A DNA stretch of 64,000 nt from positions 4,192,001 through 4,256,000 of the forward strand of contig OY970368.1 in assembly GCA_963718615.1 (NCBI GenBank), written 5' to 3'. A program made the translations under genes and the position numbers. Every line of letters starts with the position of its first letter. The first letter of the stretch is position 1. Positions 9,402-19,425 of the stretch are shown one piece after another. Source of the stretch: an uncultured cyanobacterium (GTDB lineage: Bacteria > Cyanobacteriota > Cyanobacteriia > PCC-9006 > JAAUQQ01). Under the pieces are notes generated by a model. That model saw only the letters and a list, made by a program, of their open reading frames with translations. It made no database searches and had not been told where the DNA came from.

Positions 9402-11399
9402 ATGAATATTTTGTTTGTCCTTTACCATGACTTTTCATCCAACAGTGCCGTTCATGTCCATCACTTTGCCAATGGATTGATTGAACTAGGCTGCGATTGT
9501 ATTGTTGCGGTACCGAATCGGGCGGATACCATTTCGATTTTAGTAGAGCCTCATTATCAAACTCTTGAGTTTGACCAAGTTGCCCAAATATCTACTAAAT
9601 TTAGCAATGGTCAAGGTCCCGATATAGTTCATTGCTGGACGCCTCGAGAGATTGTTCGCCAGTTTTGTGATTCTCTTCGTCAGCTATTTACCTTTGAACT
9701 GGTGATTCATCTCGAAGACAATGAAGAACATGTCACAGAAAAGTTTATGGGGCAGCCGTTCCAGCAACTGCAAGTCCAGCAAGAGTATTTACAGGTTCCT
9801 CCTGCTCTATCACACCCGGTTTACTATCGAAAATTCTTAGAAAGTGCAACTGGTATAACGGTCATTATTGATCAACTTAAAGATTTTATCCCACCAGCTA
9901 TCCCCAGCCTTGTTCTTTGGCCTGGTGCTGACCATACTCTCTTCTATCCTCAGACTGCCGATGCAGCGCTGTTGAAAAAATTCAAAATAGAACCCAATGA
10001 TTGGGTGATTTGCTATACCGGAAATGTTCATCCGGTCAATGCTCAAGAGGTACGAAGTCTCTATATTGCTATTGGATTGTTAAATCGTGAAGGATATCCC
10101 ACAAAACTGATTCGTACAGGCAGAGACTTTGTTGATTTTTTAGAAGGTGGTAAAGAATGGACTGCTCCTTATTGCATTGAACTTGGATATGTCGACCGCC
10201 CTGAGCTTCCCAAAATTTTGAGTTTGGCCCATACTTTAGTACAACCTGGCAAAGTGAATGCGTTCAACCAGTATCGCTTCCCTTCAAAAGTTCCTGAGTT
10301 TTTAGCCATGGGGAAACCCGTCATCTTGCCCGACACCAATATTGGCAAGGATTTAAAACACCTATCTGAAGCCGTTATTCTACCTATCGTTGATGCAATT
10401 CACATTGTTGAGTCGATTCAGTTACTCCGATCCAAGCCTGAATTAGTCAACAAAATTGGGCAAGGAGCTGCGGCTTTTGCACAGAGTAAACTAGTCTGGA
10501 GTATACAAAGTCAGATGCTTAAAGATTTTTATGGCTCTCTGTCTGAACGTTTGCGTCAGTCTGCCAAAAAAATTAAAAATGAGGTGATCATGAAACCTGT
10601 TCATTTGCTCAATGAAACGACTAAAGTCCAGCTAATCGAACGCTATGAGAATTGCGATCGCTATAAACGATCTCTCGATTATGCGACTGTTCGTGACTTT
10701 TGTGACAGCGTCGATCACCTTCCTCAAGTCTGTTTTCTGAATGGCGATCTCAAAAATGTTCAACGAGCCTGGACTGTCAAAGCCATTCTCAGTAACGTTC
10801 CCATTGGCAGCAGGCTTCTGGAGATTGGTGGGGGTGTTCCTCTAGTTGCAGGGTTACTCTCAGAACTAGGCTATGATGTTACTCTCATCGATCCCTATGA
10901 AGGATCAGGCAACGGACCAACGAGTGAGTATCAGCAGTATGTTACTCAATTTCCCCATGTTAAAATCGTCAAGGATCTCTTTGGTTCTCATATTGACTAC
11001 TTTGAGCATAAATCCTTTGATGCAGTTTACTCAATCTCCGTGATTGAGCACATTCCCTTGGCTGGAATTTCTGACGTTTTCGAGGCTATTTTGACCTTTG
11101 TGAAGCCGGGGGGGGCATCTATTCACTGCATTGATGACGTTGTTCAAGGCAATGGAACAGAAGGCCATGCAGAAATGGTCAAACATGTTTTACTTAACCA
11201 AAAACGTCTTGCCAAACCAGCATACGCTGATGAGCAGATTGAATCTGATTTTTCTAACTTAATGCAAGCACTTTTTGAAGATCTAGAAACATTTTATCTG
11301 TCTCCCCTCGGCCATAATCTTTGGCGAGGTCAAATGAGCTACGATGAGTTTCCATTCCGAAAAGTTGTTTCGATCCAAACCTGCGAATTTTTACCCTAG
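9402..11399 (+). CDS. GT4 glycosyltransferase fused to C-terminal SAM methyltransferase
   Basis: FPSKVPEFLAMGKPVI (GT4); LLEIGGG and FDAVYSISVIEH (methyltransferase). Confidence 0.85.
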   Translation: MNILFVLYHDFSSNSAVHVHHFANGLIELGCDCIVAVPNRADTISILVEPHYQTLEFDQVAQISTKFSNGQGPDIVHCWTPREIVRQFCDSLRQLFTFELVIHLEDNEEHVTEKFMGQPFQQLQVQQEYLQVPPALSHPVYYRKFLESATGITVIIDQLKDFIPPAIPSLVLWPGADHTLFYPQTADAALLKKFKIEPNDWVICYTGNVHPVNAQEVRSLYIAIGLLNREGYPTKLIRTGRDFVDFLEGGKEWTAPYCIELGYVDRPELPKILSLAHTLVQPGKVNAFNQYRFPSKVPEFLAMGKPVILPDTNIGKDLKHLSEAVILPIVDAIHIVESIQLLRSKPELVNKIGQGAAAFAQSKLVWSIQSQMLKDFYGSLSERLRQSAKKIKNEVIMKPVHLLNETTKVQLIERYENCDRYKRSLDYATVRDFCDSVDHLPQVCFLNGDLKNVQRAWTVKAILSNVPIGSRLLEIGGGVPLVAGLLSELGYDVTLIDPYEGSGNGPTSEYQQYVTQFPHVKIVKDLFGSHIDYFEHKSFDAVYSISVIEHIPLAGISDVFEAILTFVKPGGASIHCIDDVVQGNGTEGHAEMVKHVLLNQKRLAKPAYADEQIESDFSNLMQALFEDLETFYLSPLGHNLWRGQMSYDEFPFRKVVSIQTCEFLP

Positions 11400-11402
11400 C
11401 TG

Positions 11403-12347
11403 ATGCGCTCAATGAGCCATATCCTGACCAATCCTTTAGTTAGTGTTTGTGTACCCACGCACAATGGCGCTCGATACCTAATCCAAGCTTTAGAAAGTAT
11501 CGAGCGTCAGACATACAATAACTTAGAAATTATTATTTCAGACGATGGCTCTTCTGATGAAACGGTTGAAATAATCCAACAATTTAATGAATCTCGCCTG
11601 CGTCTATTTTTGCATGATCGCTTAGGAATAGCCTCAAACTGGAATTTCTGCATTCGCCAGTCTAGAGGTAAATATATCAAGTTTTTATTCCAAGACGATT
11701 TGCTTCACAAAACCTGCATCGAAATGATGGTAAGAGCTGCCGAACAAAATCCCACTGCTGGCCTCATTTTCAGCAAAAGAGTGGTACTGGCTGAAGAAAA
11801 CTTATCCTATGTTAAAAGTCTTAATAATCTTCATTTAGCATGGACTTATTTAGAAGATAAACAATCTGGAACAGCTTTGCTAGAAGACAGACTTCTTTGT
11901 CAAGTACCTTACAACAAAATTGGAGAACCGACCAATCTACTTATTCCAGCAGATGTGTTTAAGAAAATAGGAGGATTTGATCAATCATTTCAACAGTTTG
12001 TCGATCTGGAAATGTGGTTTCGAATTATGATGTCCTATGACGTTGTGTTTATCGATAACTTTTTGTCATCCTTTCGCGTTCATTCGTCTCAGGCTACTTC
12101 TGTACACAATCAATCTAAAGATGAGAGCTGGGCTGAAATCTATCGTCTGTGGATAAAGATGCTTTTTCATCAAGACTTTCACCGATTACCTCATACCATT
12201 CATCGCCGACTGCGTCAGGCTCTGTTGTTGAATCTGCTGAAAGAAAGCTTGAAGATGACACTAAAGCAAGAGATGTGGAAAACACGGACTGTGTTCCGGC
12301 TCATTTTACAGCTACTTAGAGAAAATACTGAAGGATACGCTGATTAA
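11403..12347 (+). CDS. Glycosyltransferase family 2
   Basis: VSVCVPTHNG, SDDGSSD, FLFQDD, NKIGEPT. Confidence 0.9.
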   Translation: MRSMSHILTNPLVSVCVPTHNGARYLIQALESIERQTYNNLEIIISDDGSSDETVEIIQQFNESRLRLFLHDRLGIASNWNFCIRQSRGKYIKFLFQDDLLHKTCIEMMVRAAEQNPTAGLIFSKRVVLAEENLSYVKSLNNLHLAWTYLEDKQSGTALLEDRLLCQVPYNKIGEPTNLLIPADVFKKIGGFDQSFQQFVDLEMWFRIMMSYDVVFIDNFLSSFRVHSSQATSVHNQSKDESWAEIYRLWIKMLFHQDFHRLPHTIHRRLRQALLLNLLKESLKMTLKQEMWKTRTVFRLILQLLRENTEGYAD

Positions 12348-12593
12348 AGGACAATTTCAGAAAAAGCATTATGGTGCATCAGTGACAATACCTATAACTC
12401 ATTTTCACTTCTCTACTTAATCAAAAATTAATGTGTAAAAAAAAAACTGATGAATGCTTTGCAGATTCTGATGGGTACCCTATATAGTACGTATTCGTAG
12501 GGTAGAGTTTTGTGTCCAAGTTGAGTTTAGATATTCTTTCCTTCTGATTAAAATTCTCGATTGAGTATTTAAGGCGGAGAAACAACGCTATTT

Positions 12594-13505
12594 ATGACTA
12601 TTAATCTTTTCGATGCTCAGTATTACGCTGCTGCGAACCCAGATTTACTTGCTGCGGGCCTGACGACAGAGGTGCAGCTTACCAATCATTTTAATAATTT
12701 TGGTCTTGCAGAGGGTAGAAAATTCTCTCCGCTAGCAGATTTGAGCTATTATAGACAGCTCAATTCTGATCTAGCCGCAGCGGGACTAGTTAGTAATTCG
12801 CAAGTCTATAACCATCTGACGAATTTCGGTGTTGCAGAAGGTCGCACATTTTCCCCATTTGTGGACGTCAGTTTCTACTTGTCTGCCAATGGAGATGTGG
12901 CCCAAGCATTTAATAACAATCGCGAGTTAGCCCTTCAGCATTTGGATGACTTTGGTTTCGCAGAGGACCGCCTCTTCTCTCCCATTGCAGATGTTGATCT
13001 CTATCTATCCGCTAATGGGGATGTAGCCCAGGCCGTTAATAACGATCGAGAGCTGGCGTTTGAGCATTTAACGCTGTACGGATTGGGTGAAGGTAGAAAG
13101 TTCTCCTTGGAATATGATGTTAACGAGTACAAGATTTATAATCCTGATCTTTTCAATGCAGGAATAGACACCAATCAAGAGTTGTTTAACCATTTCTCTC
13201 TTTATGGCCTTGAGGAAGGTCGCACAAGTTCTTCCGTCTTCAATCCTAATTTCTATAGTTCTAATAACTCAGATCTCGTCAGTGCTGGGTTGACTCTCAA
13301 TTCCCAGCTTTTGCGTCATTTCCAGGCCTTTGGACTTTCTGAGGGGCGGCAAGCATCGAGTACTTTTGACGTAAATGTATATCGTCAAAATAATCCAGAT
13401 CTGGCACTAGCTGGAATTTCAACAAATCGTAAGGCTGCAATACATTATGTAGCCTTTGGTATCAATGAGGGACGAGTTGCGATCGCACCGACAGGTCCTT
13501 CATAG
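12594..13505 (+). CDS. Repeat protein (about 7 copies of FD..YY..NPDL..AG....HF..FG..EGR), putative surface/glycan-associated
   Basis: Internal repeats of about 40 aa span the whole protein; no signal peptide or catalytic domain recognised. Confidence 0.8.
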   Translation: MTINLFDAQYYAAANPDLLAAGLTTEVQLTNHFNNFGLAEGRKFSPLADLSYYRQLNSDLAAAGLVSNSQVYNHLTNFGVAEGRTFSPFVDVSFYLSANGDVAQAFNNNRELALQHLDDFGFAEDRLFSPIADVDLYLSANGDVAQAVNNDRELAFEHLTLYGLGEGRKFSLEYDVNEYKIYNPDLFNAGIDTNQELFNHFSLYGLEEGRTSSSVFNPNFYSSNNSDLVSAGLTLNSQLLRHFQAFGLSEGRQASSTFDVNVYRQNNPDLALAGISTNRKAAIHYVAFGINEGRVAIAPTGPS

Positions 13506-13539
13506 ATTCAATTGTCTTAGGGTTTTTGAGGGCAGTTTC

Positions 13540-14622
13540 TCATGGGAGCTGCCCAATTCGTCTCTGATGCCATTGCCAAGCATCCTGAATGATGGTCTCT
13601 AGAGCTGAGTGGGTTGGAGTCCAATCGAGAATTTTTCTGGCTTTTTCTGCACTACCAATCAAAACAGGAGGATCACCGGGACGGCGATCCTCTTTTTTCA
13701 TGGGAATTTCTCGATTCGTAATCTTACAAGCAACATCAATCACCTGCTGGACCGAAAAGCCATTGCCGTTGCCGAGGTTGAAGCGATCGCTCTCCCCCCC
13801 CGCCAGCAAATATTCCAATCCCCGAACATGAGCATCGGCTAAATCTGTAACATGGATATAGTCACGGATACAGGTCCCGTCGGGGGTGGGATAGTCAGTA
13901 CCAAAAATGGAAATGTAGGGACGCAGACCTAAGGCCGTTTGGAGGGTGAGGGGAATGAGATGGGTTTCGGGCTCATGGTCTTCGCCCAGTTGACCATCGG
14001 GGTCAGCTCCAGCAGCGTTGAAGTAGCGGAAGATGACGGATTTTAGACCATAGGCTTTGTCATAGTCCTGCAAGATCCGCTCGACCATCAGCTTCGTTGC
14101 CCCATAGGGATTAATCGGGTTTTGGGGATGATCTTCGGTAATGGGAACCTCATGGGGGACGCCATAGGTGGCACAGGTGGAGGAGAAGACGATGTGATTG
14201 ACCCCCGCTGAGACCATGGCGTTTAAGAGGCTGAGGGTGCCGACAACGTTGTTTTGGTAGTACTTCGCTGGATTAGTGACGGATTCACCCACATAGGCGT
14301 AGGCGGCAAAGTGGAGAACGGCGGCGATCGCCTGCTCCGAGAACAGCCGTTCCAACAAAGCCCGGTCTTCGAGCTCACCCACAATCAACCTGGCTTTAAA
14401 ATTCCGCTCGACAATCTCCCGATGGCCGTAGACAAGATTGTCGAGAATAATCACGGTGTAACCGGCTCGCTCCAGTTGTTTGACCGCATGGGAGCCAATA
14501 TAGCCTGCACCTCCAGTGACGAGGATGGTTTTGGGCGATCGCCCCTGCAAATCAAGTTCAACATCGGAAGAGAAAGTCATAGCCTCAGCAAGCAAGGGTT
14601 TAGAGAGGGGGTACGAATCCAT
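13540..14622 (-). CDS. galE: UDP-glucose 4-epimerase
   Basis: GGAGYIGSH, FSSTCATYG, YGATK, RYFNAAGA, TCIRDYIHV. Confidence 0.95.
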   Translation of the reverse strand: MDSYPLSKPLLAEAMTFSSDVELDLQGRSPKTILVTGGAGYIGSHAVKQLERAGYTVIILDNLVYGHREIVERNFKARLIVGELEDRALLERLFSEQAIAAVLHFAAYAYVGESVTNPAKYYQNNVVGTLSLLNAMVSAGVNHIVFSSTCATYGVPHEVPITEDHPQNPINPYGATKLMVERILQDYDKAYGLKSVIFRYFNAAGADPDGQLGEDHEPETHLIPLTLQTALGLRPYISIFGTDYPTPDGTCIRDYIHVTDLADAHVRGLEYLLAGGESDRFNLGNGNGFSVQQVIDVACKITNREIPMKKEDRRPGDPPVLIGSAEKARKILDWTPTHSALETIIQDAWQWHQRRIGQLP

Positions 14623-14691
14623 ATTCGCCTACAATTATGGTCTAGCAGTAACAAAACTGCACAGTAGCGCAAGTACGGGAGAGGAAATCGC

Positions 14692-15240
14692 TTGAAACAG
14701 TGTTCTGCCACGCAACTTGCAGGGGTGTATTTGCTAGAACCCAAGTATTTTGATGATGAGCGGGGCGGATTCTTTGAATCCTTTAATCAGCGGGCCTTTG
14801 AGACTGAGCTTGGCCTAGACCTTCAGTTTGTTCAGGATAATCACTCGATTTCCCAAAAAAATGTGTTGCGGGGGCTGCATTATCAGGTGGGTCAGCCCCA
14901 GGGAAAGTTGGTGCGGGCGATCGCAGGCCGGATTTTCGACGTCGCTGTAGATCTACGCCAATCTTCCCCCACCTTAGGTCAATGGGTGGGCTATGAGCTG
15001 AGCGCCGAAAACCGCCATCAGCTCTGGATCCCGGTAGGATTTGCCCATGGATTCGTAGCGTTATCTGAACGGGTGGAAGTCTTGTACAAGGCGACGGATT
15101 ATTATTATCCTGAGGGCGATCGCTCCATTCGCTGGGATGACCCGGATTTGGCGATTGTCTGGCCCCTCCAAACCCAGCCGATCCTGTCTGCAAAAGATGC
15201 CGCAGCCGTTCCCTTTGCCCAAGCTGACTTATTTCCCTAG
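14692..15240 (+). CDS. rfbC: dTDP-4-dehydrorhamnose 3,5-epimerase
   Basis: DERGGFFE, QDNHS, LRGLHYQ, DVAVDLR, GFAHGF. Confidence 0.95.
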   Translation: MKQCSATQLAGVYLLEPKYFDDERGGFFESFNQRAFETELGLDLQFVQDNHSISQKNVLRGLHYQVGQPQGKLVRAIAGRIFDVAVDLRQSSPTLGQWVGYELSAENRHQLWIPVGFAHGFVALSERVEVLYKATDYYYPEGDRSIRWDDPDLAIVWPLQTQPILSAKDAAAVPFAQADLFP

Positions 15241-15366
15241 CTGACTTTCTTGTGTAGGCATTGGGCTGAGATTAGGGCCGTTTATCTCTGATTTCTGTGC
15301 TCTCTTGCACCCTTACAAAGGCGAGCACTCCTCTATACTGAACCCTAGACTTAAGTTCCGGGAGGT

Positions 15367-16284
15367 GTGATGCAATCGATTCTGCTGATCGGAAGCCAGG
15401 GACAGGTCGGTCGAGAACTTCAGTCCACCCTTTTACCCTATGGCACAGTCATTGAAGCCGCTCGCAATGAGGTGGATCTGACGGACTTGGCGGCGGTGCG
15501 ATCGCTCATCCGTCGCATCCAACCCACAGTTGTGGTCAATGCCGCTGCCTACACCGCTGTGGATCGAGCCGAGCAGGAACCGGAACTCGCAGCCTTGCTC
15601 AATGCTCAAGTGCCCCAGGTCCTAGCCCAGGAATGTGAGCGCTTGGGCGCGGCGTTGCTGCATATTTCCACGGACTATGTCTTTGATGGACAGGGCTATC
15701 GACCCTATCGAGAAGACGATCTCACCCATCCCCTTAGCATTTATGGCCAGACCAAACGGGCGGGGGAACAGGCCATTCAGGAAACGAAGATTCGCCACGG
15801 CATTCTGCGCACAGCCTGGGTTTACGGAGCCTATGGTAAAGGCAATTTTGTTAAAACCATGCTGCGGCTAGGGGCAGAACGGGAAGAGCTGGGCGTGGTT
15901 GCAGACCAAATTGGGTCACCGACCTGGGCGGGAGACATTGCCCAGGCCCTGGGCGCGCTCTTGCCTAAAATCCTGGCAAAGCCTGAATATTCGGGTATTT
16001 ATCACTACACTGATAGCGGCGTAGCGAGCTGGTATGACTTGGCAATCGCCATCTTCGAAGAAGCCCGCAGCCTCGGCTATCCCCTAACCCTTCAGCGCAT
16101 TGCCCCCCTCACCAGTGAAGAATATCCAACCCCCGCTCGACGTCCGCACTACTCCGTATTAGACTGTGGCAAAATAACAGCGATACTCGGTACTCGCCCA
16201 CCCCATTGGCGACAGTCCCTGCGTTTGATGCTCCAGGAACTTTATACCCAAACCTATGAAAGGGCTGATTCTCTCCGGCGGTAA
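15367..16284 (+). CDS. rfbD: dTDP-4-dehydrorhamnose reductase
   Basis: GSQGQVG, NAAAYTAVD, STDYVFDG, YGQTK, DQIGSPT. Confidence 0.95.
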   Translation: MMQSILLIGSQGQVGRELQSTLLPYGTVIEAARNEVDLTDLAAVRSLIRRIQPTVVVNAAAYTAVDRAEQEPELAALLNAQVPQVLAQECERLGAALLHISTDYVFDGQGYRPYREDDLTHPLSIYGQTKRAGEQAIQETKIRHGILRTAWVYGAYGKGNFVKTMLRLGAEREELGVVADQIGSPTWAGDIAQALGALLPKILAKPEYSGIYHYTDSGVASWYDLAIAIFEEARSLGYPLTLQRIAPLTSEEYPTPARRPHYSVLDCGKITAILGTRPPHWRQSLRLMLQELYTQTYERADSLRR

Positions 16285-17332
16285 AGGCACACGCTTGCGT
16301 CCGCTCACCTATACGGGGGCGAAGCAACTCGTCCCCGTGGCCAATAAGCCCATCCTTTGGTATGCCATTGAAGAGATGGCGGCAGCGGGGGTGCAGGACA
16401 TTGGCATTGTCATTAGCCCGGAGACGGGCATCGAGGTGCGCAGCCAAACGGGTAGCGGAGAACAGTTTGGGGTGCGGCTCACCTATATTCTGCAAGATGA
16501 ACCCGCAGGTTTAGCCCATGCCGTTAAGATTTCCCAAAACTTCCTGGGGGATTCACCCTTCTTGATGTTTTTGGGCGACAACTTGATTCAGCAGGGTGAC
16601 CTCAGTCATTTTCTCGACGTCTTCAAGGCCCAACAACCGGATGCCCTCATCCTGCTGCGGGAAGTCGAAAATCCCAGCGCCTTTGGGGTCGCTGAGGTCA
16701 GCGGACAGGGGCAGGTCATCCGCTTGATCGAAAAGCCAAAGGACCCGCCCTCAAATTTGGCCCTGGTGGGGGTCTACTTTTTCTCCGCTGCGATTCATGG
16801 GGCGATCGCCCAAATCCAGCCCTCCGCCCGAGGGGAGCTCGAAATTACCGATGCCATTCAATACCTCATCGACCATCAAAACTCAGTCGTCGCCCGTCAA
16901 CTGCGGGGCTGGTGGTTGGACACTGGCAAAAAAGATGATCTGCTGGAGGCCAACCGATTGGTCTTAGATACCTGTTTAATCAGTGCGATTGAAGGCCAAG
17001 TGGATCCCCAGAGTCAGGTGATCGGGCGGGTTCAACTGGGGCGATCGTCCCAGGTGCTCAACTGTACAATCCGAGGCCCGGTTGTGATTGGAGAAGGGTG
17101 TTATTTAGAAAATTGTTTTATCGGTCCGTACAGCAGTATTGCCGATGGTGTCAAGCTGATCGATGTTGATTTAGAGCACAGCGTCATTTTGCAAGGGGCT
17201 CAAATTGTCAATATCAACCAGCGAATTATGGATAGTGTCATCGGTCGCCGCTGTCGCATCATTGCCGCGCCACCGCGTCCCAAAGCCCTCCGGTTTTTAA
17301 TTGGTGATGACAGCCAAGTAGAGATGACGTGA
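16256..17332 (+). CDS. rfbA: Glucose-1-phosphate thymidylyltransferase (long form)
   Basis: LSGGKGTRLRPLT, KQLVPVANKP, SARGELEITDA, WWLDTG. Confidence 0.93.
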   Translation: MKGLILSGGKGTRLRPLTYTGAKQLVPVANKPILWYAIEEMAAAGVQDIGIVISPETGIEVRSQTGSGEQFGVRLTYILQDEPAGLAHAVKISQNFLGDSPFLMFLGDNLIQQGDLSHFLDVFKAQQPDALILLREVENPSAFGVAEVSGQGQVIRLIEKPKDPPSNLALVGVYFFSAAIHGAIAQIQPSARGELEITDAIQYLIDHQNSVVARQLRGWWLDTGKKDDLLEANRLVLDTCLISAIEGQVDPQSQVIGRVQLGRSSQVLNCTIRGPVVIGEGCYLENCFIGPYSSIADGVKLIDVDLEHSVILQGAQIVNINQRIMDSVIGRRCRIIAAPPRPKALRFLIGDDSQVEMT

Positions 17333-18252
17333 TTTATTTCATCACTGTTAACTATCATTCCTCAACCCTAGTCACTCGGCTGATCCAATCCATGCCGCGC
17401 AATCCAGCGCGCTATCGTGTGGTCATTGTCAACAATTCGCCGGAGGATACGGGGCTTTATGAGTTGGAATCTCGCTGGGTCAAGATCATCGAGGCAGGGC
17501 ACAATCTTGGGTTTGGCTGTGCCTGCAATTTGGGGCTGCGCTGGGTCTATGAGCGGGATCCTAATGCTTTTGTCTGGATTATTAACCCCGATGCCTATCT
17601 CCTCAAGAACCCCTTAGACACCCTAGAGATCCTCTTCAGACGCTGCCCAGAGCTTTCCATTGTTGGAACCGTCGTCAAAACCTTTGATGGGGGTATCTGG
17701 TTCGCTGGAGGACAGTTTCGGGCCGAAACAGGCAGCATCCGGGTGCAAGAAACGCTGCCCCAATCCAGTCAATCCTATTGGTCCTGCGATTGGGTCTCGG
17801 GCTGTAGTCTGATCATTAATCTCAAGCACTTTTCCGACTGTCCTCAATTTAGTGCCCGGTACTTTTTGTACTACGAAGACTTTGAGTTTTGTCGCCGCTA
17901 TGCAGCGGCAGGCCATGTGGTCGCGATGACCCAGGCGATCGCGATCTTTCACGAACCCTCTTCGATTACCAATCGCAATCTTTTTCTCAAAATGCGTCAC
18001 AGCACCTTTAGCTATCTACTGACGCTGGAAGAATTCGCTTCCCCCCAAGCCTTTACCACTCGCCTCGTTCGCCTCCTGTTCCATGCGCTTTACCTCATGG
18101 CCGTCAAACCTCAGACCGCCCTAGGTAAACTTTATGGCCTCTGCCTCTATGGACAATATCGTTTGCAAACCCCCGCCCCGCCCGCCCAGGAGCAGGATTG
18201 GCTCCAGCAACCCAGCCCCAGCCTAGTCGCCCTGCCTCGATCAGAAGGTTGA
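17329..18252 (+). CDS. GT2 glycosyltransferase (rhamnosyltransferase-like)
   Basis: NLGFG..CN.G, INPD, WVSGCS, FLYYEDFEFC. Confidence 0.88.
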   Translation: MIYFITVNYHSSTLVTRLIQSMPRNPARYRVVIVNNSPEDTGLYELESRWVKIIEAGHNLGFGCACNLGLRWVYERDPNAFVWIINPDAYLLKNPLDTLEILFRRCPELSIVGTVVKTFDGGIWFAGGQFRAETGSIRVQETLPQSSQSYWSCDWVSGCSLIINLKHFSDCPQFSARYFLYYEDFEFCRRYAAAGHVVAMTQAIAIFHEPSSITNRNLFLKMRHSTFSYLLTLEEFASPQAFTTRLVRLLFHALYLMAVKPQTALGKLYGLCLYGQYRLQTPAPPAQEQDWLQQPSPSLVALPRSEG

Positions 18253-18356
18253 CCAGAGGGTTGATTAGGGGGTTGAATTGAGCCCCTGAGATTGGGCAAC
18301 TTAGAGAAAAGACCCGCCGCTCTAGTCCCCAACCCGCCTCAAGCTTCAGATTCATC

Positions 18357-19325
18357 ATGAAAAATGCACTCATCACAGGATTGACTGGACAAGATGGTTC
18401 CTATCTTGCAGAGTTTTTACTCAATAAGGGCTACCAGGTCTATGGGCTAGTGCGTCGGTCTAGTACGTCCAGCTTGGGCCGGATCGCCCATTTTGCAGAC
18501 CAGGTTCACATCATTTCGGGGGATTTGCTAGATCAATGCTCCCTGATGGATGTGATTACAGAGACTCAGCCGGATGAGATCTATAATCTGGCCTCCCAGA
18601 GCTATGTCCCGCTCTCCTGGACCCAGCCTGCGTTGACGGCAGAATATACGGCCTTGGGAGTCTCCCGGTTGCTGGAGGCCATTCGTCGCTGTAAACCCGA
18701 CGCCCGCTTCTATCAAGCCTCCAGTAGCGAAGTCTTTGGCCAGCCCAGCGAATCTCCCCAGTCGGAAATGACCGCCTTTCGACCCCGCAACCCCTACGGC
18801 ACCGCCAAGGCCTATGCCCATTGGATGACGACCAATTATCGCGAGAAGTACAATCTCTACGCCTGCTGTGGCATTTCCTATACCCACGAGTCGCCCCGAC
18901 GGGGGGCTGAGTTTGTCTTCCGCAAGGTGACCCGCACCGCCGCCCAAATCAAACTGGGACTGGCCTCAGAATTACGACTCGGCAATCTTGAGGCTCGACG
19001 GGACTGGTGCCATGCCCAGGATGTGGTAAGCGCCATCTGGCTGATGTTGCAGCAAACTCAACCTGACGACTACATCATTGCTAGCGGTGAAACCCATTCC
19101 GTGCGCGAATTGGTGAACTGCGCCTTTGAGTACCTCAATCTGGACTGGGAAAAGTATGTAACTGTTGACCCACAGTTCTATCGACCGGATGAACCGGTTC
19201 AGCTTGTTGGTAACATTGAAAAGATTCAATCCCAGCTTCAGTGGGACCCTCGATACTCATTTCGTCAACTGGTGGAAACCATGGTTGACCACGATTTGAA
19301 GCAGTTGAGTGGAGTCCAGGATTAA
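18357..19325 (+). CDS. gmd: GDP-mannose 4,6-dehydratase
   Basis: ITGLTGQDGSYLA, YNLASQS, QASSSE, HESPRRG.EFV.RK, LGNLEARRDW. Confidence 0.92.
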   Translation: MKNALITGLTGQDGSYLAEFLLNKGYQVYGLVRRSSTSSLGRIAHFADQVHIISGDLLDQCSLMDVITETQPDEIYNLASQSYVPLSWTQPALTAEYTALGVSRLLEAIRRCKPDARFYQASSSEVFGQPSESPQSEMTAFRPRNPYGTAKAYAHWMTTNYREKYNLYACCGISYTHESPRRGAEFVFRKVTRTAAQIKLGLASELRLGNLEARRDWCHAQDVVSAIWLMLQQTQPDDYIIASGETHSVRELVNCAFEYLNLDWEKYVTVDPQFYRPDEPVQLVGNIEKIQSQLQWDPRYSFRQLVETMVDHDLKQLSGVQD

Positions 19326-19425
19326 CGATTTTCGTTAGGCCTTGTCCTCAATCCCAGGGTTTTCTCTGTCTAGGCTCTTTTAACCTAGAGTCCTCGCCTC
19401 CTATTCTCCGAGCTTCTTCCTTGGC

